Assembly: GCA_054600435.1 (NCBI GenBank)
Contig: BAAIJX010000002.1
Span: 62,001 to 126,000 of the forward strand
Length of the DNA: 64,000 bases
Direction: 5' to 3'
Source: Neophaeotheca triangularis
Taxonomy: Eukaryota
Part shown: positions 12,781 to 25,469 of the stretch, piece by piece
Layout: every line of letters begins with the position of its first letter
How positions within the stretch are numbered: the first letter of the stretch is position 1
Notes under the pieces: generated by a model
What the model saw: the letters and a program-made list of their open reading frames with translations, nothing else
Databases searched by the model: none
What the model was told of the DNA's origin: nothing
Translations under genes and position numbers: made by a program

Positions 12781-13852
12781 CTACCCCTTCACAAGCACCG
12801 CGACCTCGGTCCCCTCCTCGGTCCCCAACCTCCCAATCTCCACGACCCCTTCCCCCTCACCCCCTTTCCTTCCAACCCAGCAATTACTAGGCCTCTCCTC
12901 CTCGGGCCGATAAACCGCAATGCCGCACTCCGCATCCCCGTTCCTCCCGACATTGAAACCCGCGCACAAATCGATGCAATCGGTGAAACTGTACACGAAA
13001 GCCCGCGTCAGGGTTCGTGTGTCGTCGAGTTCGCGGAGTGGAGAGGCGAGGTCGCAATGGAGGGAGAAATCGGGGGAGTTGCCGAGGGTAGGGGCGTAAA
13101 GGGTGTTGTTTGCACGCGGGCAGTTGGTCAGGGGGGTGTAGGTTGGTGTTTGGGGGGAGAAGGTTCGGGTCGCGGTTGTGGGAGTTGGGGTTGGAGATGT
13201 TGAAGCGCTGGGCAGGGTTGATCAGTTGGATGCGTATATTCCTCGTTTGTGGAGATTGGCTGGATGGGATGGCTTGATGTCGTCGACGCTGTGGTGGAAA
13301 AGGGTGGCGTGGGTGGAAAAAAAGTAAAAACTCACCTCCCCTCTGCAACTTCCTCTCTCGTCCCGTCATGCACGCTCTTCCCACCCACGGCGCCTCCGAC
13401 AGCTGCGCCGGTGATCACCAACACCATGACGAAAGCGACGATCAGGAAAGTGCGGACTTTCATGCCAAAAATGATCCGCGGCGGTTTGTTGCTGTTCTCG
13501 TAGGCATGTTTGCCAGTGTAGCGGTTTTCGTAGGAAGGGGTGTTGGAGGCGACGGCGTGGTGTTGGTGTACGACAGGGTATTTGTCCGAGGATGAGTAGA
13601 CGTTGTCGTCGTATTCGAGGCCGTGGGCGGGGGCGACCTCTGGGGCGTTGTGGTATTGATAGAGAGCGGAGAGGCGTTGAGGGTTTTGGGGCTGGTCGGG
13701 GAGGGGAGGGGTTAGTTCAGTCCTTTTGCTTGCCCTCTGATGCTTGCTGCTGAGACGAGTCGTAGTCGTTCTATGGTAGGTGGCACGCTTGTGCTTGCGA
13801 CACGGCGAGCGCGTGGGTGCTGTGATACGGTACTTACTTCCGAAGTTTCCAT
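12781..13852 (-). CDS. Single-pass membrane protein with S/T/P stalk and C-terminal Cys-rich (PAN/apple-like) domain; introns 13692-13837, 13208-13335
   Basis: ATG GAA ACT TCG GAA|GTAAGT exon joins in phase to 'PQNPQRLS...'. TM segment 'FLIVAFVMVLVITGAAVGGAVGG'. Last exon 'NCP...HCD...DCIDLCAG...ECG...NCW'. Confidence 0.72.
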
Positions 13853-15810
13853 GACGCCGTTTGCGCCCGCGCGCTTGAAGCGATTGCGGAAGAAGTCGGT
13901 ATATGCGTATGCGAGTTTGGATGGAGTCGTACTGGGTCACGTTTGGGTACGAAAGGAGCGACAACGATGAGCTACGAAGCTTTCAACTTGGAGTGAGGGC
14001 CAAGCCGTAAGGCTGACGGGGCGAGGTGAGGAAAAAGCGCCGAGAGACGATTGAGGTGCAACGGCCAGAGAGAGTCGAGTGAAGGAAAGAGCGACGGACG
14101 GACGGACGAGTGGTGAAAGCAAAAAAAAAGATAGCAAGACCCAGTCAGGCGGGTGAAGTGAGAGAGAGAGGCAGCAAGGCTGGAAGGAGAGGAAGGTAGG
14201 AGATAGTAGTAAGTTTACGACGAAAGTCAATGGAAGGCGAAAAGAAGCAGACGAATAACTAATGCAGGCAGACGGGGTGAGTATTATTCTGCCTGTGTAA
14301 CGTTAACACACCCACCCGACCATCCAACGCTCGTGACTACTCGTACCTACCTAGGTAAGGTACTCACCTAACTACCCGTCAATTAATGACTACCTCATGT
14401 TCTGTGACTGCTGGGGGAGTAGAAGGAGGTACCAAGTAGGCAAGAGACTTGAACAATAACGTTATACTTTTGCCCGACGTTGCACGGTCTTGCGCGGTGG
14501 CTTGTTCGCTTTCCTCTTTAGGACAGTGGGACAGTAGAGCAGTAGAAGCGTGGGGACGGGAGAAACGAAACACATTCGAATCTTCTACCTATACCTAGGC
14601 AAGGTAGGTATGCACCGAATCCCTGTTTCGACAGCTCGCAAACGCAGTCGAGATTTTCACGTTTTCGTGTAACCCGTGTGCGCGTCATGATGGTTACGCC
14701 ATAACACGTTTCCAGCTCTAGCCAGACCACGACAATAATCCCTACCAACGCCATCAACTCCCATCTCCCACCAAACGCCAACTCCAAAAGGAAAAGCCGC
14801 CCTTGTCCAGTGTCCACTCTTCAGTACGGTAGGTAGGTAGGTAGTGGTTCTCTGCCCGGCCCACCAGTTCCTCGGAACCCACCCACCCACCCACCTCAGC
14901 CCACTCCGAAAGCCCGGCCCTGAAACTCTCTCCCGCCGATAGCACTCATTAGAATTCAGCGGATGCAGGAACCGGGCACGGTAGCCAACGGTCGCAATCT
15001 CCACCTGACACCTCGATTTGCTTGATTGAGGGTAAAAACAAAAAAAAAAAAAAAATCTATCCGACACTGTCTGATGATCTGCGAAACCTCGCGCGCCTGT
15101 GTTATTGCTAGGAGGTATCGGATCTACGAGACGCGAAGATCCACGATTGGCCGTGTCATTTATTATTGACGTTATTGACGATGACTAATGTTGGTCGTGG
15201 CAGCGTTTACAGTCACATACCTTATGTACCTAAGGTAGTCAAGTAATGAAGAACGTGAATCATGGTCTGTCAATAATGAACACCGCCTCGATTCATCGAA
15301 CGCCGAAGTTGGAAGCTTAGCTGCCCTGACTTCCTAGCGACCGAAAAAAAAAAAAAAAAAGGTCTCGAAGTCGTCAGAAAGCAAGCCTTGTCGCGCTAGC
15401 AGCCTAGCACAGTCCGGTCGTGGTTTCGGTTGTCGGCTCTGTGATTCTTCCGAAGTATAAAATCACATCGGTCATCTATCGCTCGCTCGGCTGTAGGGGC
15501 AATCCGAGCTCTAGATCGCTTGCCGAAGTTGCCACGGTTTCAACATAGGTACAGTACCTACCTAGATCTTGGGGTTAGAGCATCTTGTAGATAGTCTATT
15601 ACCTAGCTGTAGAAGAATCTTAACTATGGTAGCAATCCGGTGTAGAAGCCATGTGTGTCGCTCTGCAAGCCTGGTATTTATACAATAATAACACCCAACT
15701 TCAAACCCAGTAGGAGCGATTGCTCAAAAGCCAAAGCAAATAATAGGTAAGCCACAAGCAACTCTCGGGTCAAGTGCCAGCAATCAACCACTCCCCGATA
15801 CACTTCCATC

Positions 15811-18800
15811 TCACAAAGCAGCAACAGCCCTCCTCAGCACCTCCAATCCCCTCTCCTCCACTCCCTCATCCTCGCCATCGACCTTCCCCTCCTCCTTCAA
15901 AATCCAACTAACATCACTCAAAAGTCCCAAAGGCAGCCACTCGCTCCCCTTGGCCTTTTCAACGCTCTCCCGAATCCTCCCCGTGTGCTCCCAACTCCTC
16001 GCAGCCTCCTCGGCACGCTGGATGACACTGTCCGCAATCCCGCACATAGCCGCGCAGTGCATACCGTAACTCCCCTCGGCCACGCCCTCCTCGAGTTGGT
16101 ACAGAAACGTCACGTCGCGCACGTCGTGCTCGACACGGACTGCCATGCGCTTCGCCGCAATTTCTGGATGTAGTTGGAATTCTGTCGCCAGAGAATGGTA
16201 ATGCGTGGCGAAGTAGCCGAGCGCACCCACGTGAGTGGCAACGTGGTGTAGAACTGCTTGCGCAACTGCGACGCCGTCGTAGCTGCTTGTGCCACGGCCG
16301 AGTTCGTCGAGGATGACGAGCGAGCGCGGCGTGGCTTCGGAGAGTATCTTTTTGGTTTCGCTTAGCTCGACCATGAAGGTGCTTTGCCCGGCAAAGATGT
16401 TGTCTTGAGCTCCGAGACGCGACATGATGCGGTCAACTGGTGTCATTCGCGCGCTTTCGGCGGGCACGTAGCAGCCAATTTGCGCAAGTATGACAGCGAT
16501 GCAGGTCATGCGGAGGACGGTGGATTTGCCTGCCGCGTTGGCGCCGGTGAGGAGAGTGATTGCTGGCGTTGCACCGCCGAGTGCGATGTCATTTGGAATG
16601 AAGTTGGTCGTCGTTTCGATGCAAGGATGTCTGAGGGTTTCAAACTCAAGCACACTTTTTTCGCTTTCGTCTTCCACAAATTCCGGACGGCAGGAGGGTG
16701 CCCCAAGCGAGAAAGAGGCTTTTGCGAGCGAGATCAAACAGTCGAGTTGCGCAATGATCCTGACGGCCGCAAGCCAAACCGCATAATCTTGATCGAAGCG
16801 TGCAAAGAAGCGGCCAGCAACGGCCTTGACAATCTGACCGTGGGTCTCCTGCGCTTCTTTGAGGTCCTGCACCAGGCGCTCCAACTCGGGTGAATACCAG
16901 CGCTTGCACGTTTTCGTAGCGGACATCTGCTTCCAGGTCTTCGGGATTGGGCTCTTGATCTTGGTAGGAATCTCAAGCTGATAGATTTCCTTGCCGTTGT
17001 CCGTGAACTTGATGAGACTGGAACCCATGTCCTTGCGGACCTTGTTCAGCAGCTTGTCAAGATCTTTGAGCACGTTGTCGATCGTTTGCTGGCTTTCATC
17101 GAAGTCTTCTTCGACACCGGGTTGAGGGATGAACAAGCCCTCCTCGCGCGCCTTGGTGCGGTCGAAAGCATCCTTCCAGTGTTCGAGGGTACCGGCGAGA
17201 TCAGGCATGGCTTTGATGAGCTGACCAAGCATACCATCGCCGGAGCCGAACGAGCTCAGCATGGACATGGTGTACTCGATCTGCTCAAAGCCTTCCAGCA
17301 CGCGGACAAAGTCTTGCGGTTTGCAGCGTCCAGCATGGATGCGAGAGATGATGCGCTCCAAGTCAGGCAGCCGCGACAAGGACGAAGTGAAGCGGTCCAT
17401 GACCGTGCTATCCGCGTTCAATGCGTCGACAGCGTCAAAGCGCTGGTTGATCTTTTTAGCATCGGCTAGAGGGTGACACACCCAAGATCTGAGCATACGC
17501 TTCCCGAAAGGAGAGATGCAACGGTTGAGCATGGTGAACAATGTGCCATCCGTAGTGCCGTCAAAGGTGTTGGCAAAAATCTCGAGGTTGATCAAACTCT
17601 GACCATCGAGAACTAGACTCGAGGCTTTGCGAATCGGGTCGTACCACTGGAAATTGCCAAGTGTAATCAGATCACGCTCGATCTTGAGGAGGGTCAAGTA
17701 CCAAATCAAGGCGCCAAGCGCGGAAAACACCATGTCTTTCTCTCTGGCTTCGCGAAGGACGGCAGGCCAAGACTCTGCGGTATCCTCGATAGATTTGTCA
17801 AAGTAGCCTTCACCATCAATCTTCATGCGCGTCTTGTCCGCAGTCAAGAACTCCTTGTCTGGTTTGAGGTAGTTCCAGATGGTAGTAGGAGCAGTGTTGT
17901 TTTTGAGGATGCGCAAGGCTTTTGCTGAAATGCAGCCCTTCTCCAGAAGTAGCTCGCCGGGTCGAGTCTGGGCGACAAAAGTCTCGAATCGAGTCATGTC
18001 TGCATCGTCGAAAAAGTCGGACAGGTGAAACTGGGCGGTAGCCGCGTCTACGAATGCTATTCCGAAGCATGGTTTTCCGTCCACCTCGCTTTCCTTGACG
18101 GCTACGCAGTATGTGGCCATGTCATCTTGGAGCATGCCGCTATCAACAAGCGTGCCAGATGTTAGTACGGAAGCAAGCTCTCGGCGAATGACCTTCTCCT
18201 CCTTCTTCCCGCTGAGGTCACGTTCACGCATATCCTTTGCCAGAGCAGACTCCATCTGGTCGACTCTTGCGATCTTGTAGCCCTTGGCCACAAATTGATT
18301 TGCCCAGTGATCCAAGCTGGCTTCAGGGACCCCGACCATGCGCATGTTGACCCTGTCGGTGAGCTTGAGATCGAACAGCTGGTGGCCGATGGTTGCATCT
18401 TTCTCATAGAGCTCATAGAACTTGCCCTTCTTGAAGAAGACGATGGTATCCCAGAATTTTTGTTTAATTTCCCAGTACTGACGCTCAAACGGCGAGAATC
18501 CATTCTTACCCCAAGCGAGAGGCGGAATGTACAGAGTACGAGGGTCATAGTCTGGGTGGTCTGGTGGGTTTCGATCTATGTCCAGCGGATTGGCAAGCCA
18601 AGTGTAGCGCTTCTCTGGCTCGGTTACGTGGGCTTTCTGCTTCTTCGCTTTCGCGTCAGAAGACGCTTTCTGGGCGGGAACAGGCCGTTGACGAGGAGTT
18701 TCAGAAGGTCCTGCATTCTCGTCAAATTTCCACTGTTGAGCAGTAGAAGTTGCCGGGATCTCTTCGCTCTCCTCTCGTGGCGGAGATGGTGGTTTTCCTG

Positions 18801-19597
18801 GGGCTTTCCCCGATTTAGCTGCAGGGATGCGCTTCTTTGGCCTTACAGGGCCGTCATCATCTTCGTCGTCTGGTACGATAAAGTCGTCCGCTGTTGATTG
18901 CCGGCGGTCAGTGTGTTGAGTCGACGAATGAGGCAGCATCGTGCTGGCGAGCACTACTGCAGATTTATGAGGTAGGTTCAACAACGAGAAGGTTGCAACT
19001 TACCATCTTCTTCATCAAAAGCAGCTTGAGTAGCCGCATCAAATCCAAACTCATCGTCAGAGTCCTCTTTGGTGCTGATTCGTCTACGCTTGGCAGCCCT
19101 ACCATTACCAGAAAGAGGCCTGAAAACATCATCATCGTCATCATCTGACTCGGCATAGTTGACTTGCTTTTTCGCCTTTCGTGATGGGCTTGACAAGCTC
19201 GTGCCTGGTGATTCTATCAGTCTGTCAGTCTCCCGCGTGGTCAATCGTTAGAAGATGGGTCAGGCCTACCATTCTCCTTGTCCTTGCTCGGTCCAGTAGA
19301 GCTTCTGTCGAGACCGGCGCCTGCTGCTGCAGGAGGACTGGAAGACGCAATAACTCCGCTGCTAGGAGCTGGTGTTACATCTGCACTGGAGCTGGGGGCT
19401 TTGAGATTGCTTCCTGAGTCTGCGGAGCGTTTGAGGGGCGTAGGAGCGCTGGGGGTAGAGCCTGGTCTCTTTTGGAAGAAACTTGCGATGCCCTGTTGTT
19501 TCGGACCTGGTTTCGCTGAACTCGAGCTGCCACTCTTCTGAAGCTTGGGTGGTGCTTTGGGGGTGGCGACCTCGTTGCCTTCAATGCCTCTCGCCAT
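15811..19597 (-). CDS. MSH6: DNA mismatch repair protein Msh6; introns 19205-19269, 18891-19003
   Basis: N-terminal PIP box QQGIASFF; 'YDPRTLYIP', 'FFKKGKFYELYEKDA' mismatch-binding Phe motif; Walker A 'TGANAAGKST'; 'GQSTFMVEL', 'DELGRGT', 'FATHYH'. Confidence 0.97.
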
Positions 19598-19714
19598 GGT
19601 GGGTTTTAATAATGGTTGTATCACGTCACAAGGTTGATGCGAAAAGGAGTAGGGGAAGGGATACAAGAAGGGAGAAGTTCAATATTGAGATGAAACGAAG
19701 TTTGGTCAAGGAAG

Positions 19715-19735
19715 ACGCGACTGCCTCGAACGCGT
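19715..19735. promoter_or_regulatory. MCB-like elements (ACGCGA 19715, ACGCGT 19730) in the ~270 bp divergent MSH6/FPGS promoter
   Basis: Motifs seen directly, with more CGCG cores nearby. MSH6 is an MBF target in yeast (established). Confidence 0.6.
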
Positions 19736-19870
19736 CGTCGCGAATGGCGTTAAAATCGCGGGGAGAGTTAAGTAGATTGGCTTGGCGTTTCCCGCGCTTC
19801 GACCTCACCTCATGAAACTGGGCATAGCTCACCAGAGCGTCTGTCTAAGTGTTGCTTCTCTACGCACAAC

Positions 19871-21513
19871 ATGATTCGGCCAGCCGCAGGTCGCACATGC
19901 TGGCGATATCATTCGCTACGGCGGCAAATGTATAGCATCCATGATGGACCCCGCGACTACAGTGCCGCTGTCCAAGCACTCAACTCGATTCAAAGCAACT
20001 TCGCCGTTGTCGAGCAGATCAAACGTTCAGGCTGGGCCTCCATGGACCAAGCGCTTCCCGAAATGCGAACATGGTGCAGAGCTATAGGATACGAGGTGTG
20101 CGCCCACGGTCAAAGGGAACTCTCAGCGCCCAGCTGACACGGTAGGTCTGATTCAAGCCATCTGACTTCGATGTACTCAACCCCATCCACATAAGCGGCA
20201 CCAAAGGCAAGGGCTCTACGTCTTCCTTTGTCTCTTCCATTCTCGCCCAATATCTACCTACGAAGAAGAGTATTCATGCTGAACGAGTTCCCACGGGCGT
20301 CGGCTTGTACACCAGCCCGCACTTGCGGTTCGTTAGAGAGCGTATAAAGATAAATGGCGCTCCGTTGTCGGAAGACATGTTTGCTCAGTCCTTCTGGGCG
20401 GTATGGGATCGACTCGAAGCCTCGTCGCTGAAAAAGCCGGTATACTTCCACTTTCTCACTTTGATGGCCTTGCACACCTACATGAAGCAGAAAGTTGGCA
20501 CGGCGGTAATAGAGTGCGGCATTGGCGGGGAGTATGATACCACCAACATACTTGTCAAGCCATCGGTTACTGGCGTCACAAGCCTGGGTATGGACCATGT
20601 CCCAATGCTGGGCGAGACGATCGAATCAATAGCCTGGCATAAGAGCGGCATCTTCAAGGAGGGCATCCCCGCCTTTACCGTCCCGCAGCCCAACGGCGCA
20701 ATGAAAGTCTTGCATCAGCGTGCCGAGGAAAAGCGAACATCACTGCAAGTCGTCAATGAGCACCGTTCTATCGCAGACCTCAAACTAGGTCTCCACGGCG
20801 ATTTCCAACGAATCAACGCCTCCCTCGCAATAGCCATCTCGGCCAACCACTTGCAAAAGCTCGGCTTCTCCGGCCTGCCCACCCCCGCAGATCCAAACTC
20901 CACCCTCCCAGCAGAGTTTAATACCGGCCTTGAACAAGTGCACTTAGGCGGCCGCTGCGAAGCCCGCCCCGACACCCGCCACACCAATCTAACCTGGTAC
21001 ATCGACGGCGGCCACACACTCGAGAGCATCGAGCAAGCAGGCCGCTGGTTCGCCCAAACCGTCTCTTCCAACGACCGTCGTGCTGATGGCTCAAAAGCGA
21101 CCCGTATCCTCGTCTTCAACCAACAAACCCGGGACGCTTCCACGCTGGCTCGCAAACTGCACACCACCCTCGCCTCCGCTCTGAACGATGACAGACCTTT
21201 CCAACACGCCATCTTTTGCCCCAACACCACGTACAAAGACGCTGGCTACAAGCCCGATCTCGTTTCCATGAACACCAATAAAGCGGACGTGGATGCATTG
21301 AAAGTGCAGAAGGAGCTGGCGGGCACGTGGGATCAAGTTGATTCCGAGGCAAAAGTGCACGTTTTAGGGACTGTTGAGGAGGCTGTAGAGAGGGCTAGGG
21401 AGTTGAGTGGTAGTGAGAGGGTCGAGGTGCTTGTTACGGGAAGTCTGCACTTGGTCGGCGGGCTTGTTGAAGTGCTTGAGAGCGAGAAGGAAGGGGAGAG
21501 AGCAAAACTGTGA
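19871..21513 (+). CDS. MET7: Folylpolyglutamate synthase; intron 20096-20157
   Basis: 'ALNSIQSN', 'IHISGTKGKGST', 'YTSPHL..VRERI', 'ECGIGGEYDTTN', 'LGMDH', 'IAWHKSGIFK', 'VLVTGSLHLVGG'. Arg-rich N-terminal extension before a second Met at 19928. Confidence 0.93.
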
Positions 21514-21629
21514 AACAATTATGTGGGCTTGATGTAGGGGCTACTGTGATGGCAAAGCTGGATAGCATTCGATAGTGAAGGGACTACAGTAGTAGAGCTC
21601 GACTGCCAGCAGAGCGAAGAAATGGACCA

Positions 21630-23900
21630 ATCCTAACGGGAAACGGAATGATTCAAAATGCTCATCGTTGAAGAAAGTACGTCGTTGGAGACAAATCTGT
21701 AACTATATTGAGCATCTGGTAAAGTCAAGGCGAGCGGTGTTGGAAGGAGTTGCGAGCAATCATCTCGAGACACTTCCGGACTTCGATGCAGAGCGTACTT
21801 CGACCCACCGCATTTCCCTGGAAGCCACAAGAGGTTTCTCGGAACAGCTCGCGGTTGCTTGCGTCCACCAGTCATTGCCCCTTCCACCTATTGACATGCC
21901 GGCGTGACTAGAAGTCTGATCCTTTCGCAGAAGCTGTTCCCATCAATCTGAGCTAGGATTGGTTATAAGTGCAAGATCGAGGTGTTATCAAGTAGCCAAT
22001 ATATTTCGGTCGAACTCGTTTCCAATGCATGTCAGCTCGAACTATTCGCCGTTAATGTTTGCGATGCTGCAGACGAGAGGGGGACGTGTGGTACTGAAAA
22101 CTTAAGAGTGGCAGCAACCCGACGAGGAAATCTCTCAAAATTCTCGACCAATCGCCTGTCCAGGACACGTGGTCATGTTACACGGTAGGACGAACTTGTT
22201 GGAGTCTAAGGATCCTCGAGAGTGAGGGTTGCGCTTCTTATATGTATCTCGCTAGGCTTCCCTGCGTTGGATGGCTCAAATGGGTGCTTCAATCTTTCAG
22301 CTGCACGAGCGCACACTTCTGCTTCCGTTGAGCTTCTCCTACAGAACTCGAGTCTCGTAGGCCAGGAAGGTTCGGGCGCAAAAGAGTTGGCAAGGGCCAA
22401 AAAGTGACTTCCGATGCTTAAATGTCTAGCCAGACCTTTCGCAGACTCCGGAACGCTCTCAAACCGCGGTGGTAGCTGCATGCGTCCCACTATGGACATC
22501 TTCTCAATGGAAGGAGTTTCTGGCGTCCAATGCCCTTCTCAGATCTCCACATGAGATTTCCTATGGCCCAGGATATTCTCGGTCGTACCACGTGCGTGCG
22601 TAGAAAGTCATTGCATGCCCTGCATCAAAAGAGCTCTCGTTCACGAGACTCCAATCCACCAGTCCTAACGGTGAAGTGGCATCATTCATTTGACTTGCGG
22701 CCTCAAGAAACATGGTGTGGCAGAAAAATGGTATGCGGCCAAAGGAACTGCTAATTGAGCCTTTTAGGTATCTCTGACAGCAGTGTATCACGCCATTGTG
22801 GCATATCGGCTGCAATTCCTCCAGTTCTGCTCGTAGACGGTTTCATTCAGAAAGCCTGTAGCCCTCCACGTAGATCTACTCCCAAAGCGCTCTTCGCGAG
22901 TACCCAGCCCAAAGACCGCCTAGCGTCTTAGGATGGTCAGCTGTCTCGACCCCATGGCTCGCCGCGGATAGTGATGGAATTTATGAACGATACCTGAGAA
23001 GAACTACCAGGGACACTTGCGCTGGATGCTACAAAGATGGGAGAAAATCACCTTCTAGTTGCCTGCCCACGCCACTTCCAACTTGCCTTCATTCTCCGGC
23101 CAAACCAATACCCTATAGGCTTCCGGCGATGGTGTTGCTTTGGCCACTGCAGTCAGCTCGCCCGTACCATACCCAAAGTGCGTTAGAGAAGGTTTAGAGG
23201 TTATTATCAGCCGGGGATGGTTGCATTAGTTACAATGGAGACGGAGGGAGCTCGAATTTTGCACGCGGTGCATGTTCAAGATGTGGTTGCGGTAGCCTCC
23301 CGGTCGATGTGAGACCTCCAAAGTTCTTTGCATTGATCGTGCTGCTGCCGTCAAGCTTGCTCTGTTCGTCGAGTTTCTGCCAGCTCCAAAGGCAAAGTAC
23401 GAGAGAATTTGGCCGGGGGCGCTTATATTTCGACTGCTTAGAGCCAATTGCTTGCGATGTCTGATTGCATTGTTTCCCTGGAGCCTGCCGACCGTACGCC
23501 TTCGGTCGCTGTCATACCCTACAAGATCCTGGCGACTGGGCTGATAGTGTCTTCTTAGAAACCCTGCTCCTTGCGTTTCATAGTGGTGCAAGGGGCAACT
23601 GGTGGGAAATTCGGCCGAGAGATTGTGCAATAGGCAAAGTGAGATCGACGATGTCATCGTATAGGGCAATGCGCTTACCTCACTGCTCCTCAGTATGTCC
23701 CTGGCCGACATGAAGCTCTATCAGCTTGAGGCGATTAGGATGTCCTCGCTGGCACCGCCATCTTTGCTTGAAGAGGGAGTGGGTATGTTTCGAAGGCAAA
23801 GAGAAGAAATATACGGCCAAGAGTAGCTCCTACACAAACGATGAAAAGGCGGTTTGGGTGGGGATAATAAGACGGTAGAATGAGTTACTGATACGTCGTA
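21630..23900 (-). pseudogene. Probable decayed gene relic of unknown family
   Basis: A minus-strand frame over about 22450-22950 reads protein-like through scattered TAG/TGA stops. No intact long ORF and no recognisable domain. Confidence 0.3.
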
Positions 23901-23995
23901 CGTTGTATGCCGTAGCTTCATTGAATGCTGGGGTCGCAAAATGAAGATTCCTTGCGCTAGCACACCAAAACCCCACAGTTTGGAGGGCATGCGTA

Positions 23996-24585
23996 CTAGG
24001 CATCGCCGTCCTCTTCCTCCTCCACCTGCTTCGTGGTCTTCATCTTCTGCTTTGCCTCCTCAGGCGCCGCGTCGCCCGCGTTGCCCGCTCCCTTTCCCTT
24101 TCCCTTTCCTTTTCCCTTCCCCTTAGTGGCCCCCATGCCACGGAAACCGTCTTTCTTCGCCTCCTCCCCGTCCGCGCTCTCCTCGACCTCCGCCGAGCGC
24201 TTCTTTCCCTTCTGAGACGCCGCCTTGCCTCCCTTCCACTTGCCCTTCCCCTTCTTGGCTCCGGCCTCGCCGGGAGCCCCACCCTCCTCCTCCTCCTCCT
24301 CCTCCTCCTCCTCATCCTCCTTCTCCTCCTCGCTCTCCTCGACAGCAGCAGCAAGAATCTTCTTCTTTAGGTTGCGCCAGGCATTTGACGCGGAGCGGAT
24401 GTTGCCGTACTCCATTCCTTCTGCTAGCTTCCTAAAGTCGATCTTGAAGTGAAGAGAGGTTAGCACATGAAATGAAGTGAAGCCAAGCAAAGTCCTGTGG
24501 TGAAGTGACCTACCTCAGGCTGCGTTTTGGAGCATCTAATTGCAGCAGCGAGGAGGTTCATCTCGGGCTGGGTGAGTTGCACCAT
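23996..24585 (-). CDS. Small fungal protein: N-terminal helical (Myb-like/HTH-like) domain, poly-Glu tract and KG-rich tail; intron 24443-24513
   Basis: MVQLTQPEMNLLAAAIRCSKTQPE|IDFRKLAEGMEYGNIRSASNAWRNLKKKI joined in phase; donor GTAGGT, branch GCTAAC, acceptor AAG. Confidence 0.75.
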
Positions 24586-25469
24586 GCTTGCAGTCCTCGA
24601 TAAGCTATGAAGATGTCAGCAAGCTGTTGTGAACATTTCACTCTAGCCTAGTGACGAGGCATGTGAAGATTTGCTCACGTGTTGATGGAGGAGAGAGTGT
24701 TCGAAGTCTAGAGTACAATGTCAGTTCACTGCGTGGTATAGCCGGTAACTAGGGTTCATCCGGCAGAGTGAAGCATACCGTGCGGGGTGTGGATGTGTTG
24801 TTGTTTCTGGGGTGAGGCAATGGTATGCCTTCGTGACCGTGGGAGGTGTTGGGCAGAAGAGAGAGTCGAAAGCTTGGTGGTTGCCGATGGCGAAGAAGAG
24901 GAGAAGTCGACGGACTGTAGTTGGAAGGGAGCCTAGTTTTGTTCCTGGACCAGAGGCCCGTTCAGGGCGGTGGGCGGCAGAATGACGTCGGCACGTGACG
25001 CGCGCCTGCCTCTCCGTGAAGCATTTGAAGACCTTGGCACGCTTTCTCTCCTTGCGTGGAGGTATACTGGACTAAGTTGGGTATAAAGGGTTGGGTCGGA
25101 AGAGATAGCAGGAGTAAGAACAGGCATTCAATGCACGAAGATGGACTGAGAACACCTACTTGCTCAAGAGGTTCCTGATCTTATATGTCTTCTACCTTTC
25201 ATCCATTGCAATGGGATCCCCACGACATTGACACAAAGACGCTTCACCAATGCTAGCAAACCCCAAGGGCAGCCAGAGTGCACCAGTCATGTTTTGCTCG
25301 TGCATAGTTCCCGAGGCGGTCTTTGCCGTTCGTCGCGAGTAAGATGCAGTCGGAAGCTTCTAGCTACGGCGACAGAAAATCAACAATTCCAACCAGCTCC
25401 CGCGGTATTGTTGGGATATCAAGCGCCTTCTGCAGTCTCCACAGCGACGGGGCCGGCAAACTCAGCCCT

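Noticed and set aside
12334..13203. 289-aa + strand ORF
   Set aside because: It runs through a poly-A tract and is antisense to the better supported spliced minus-strand gene.
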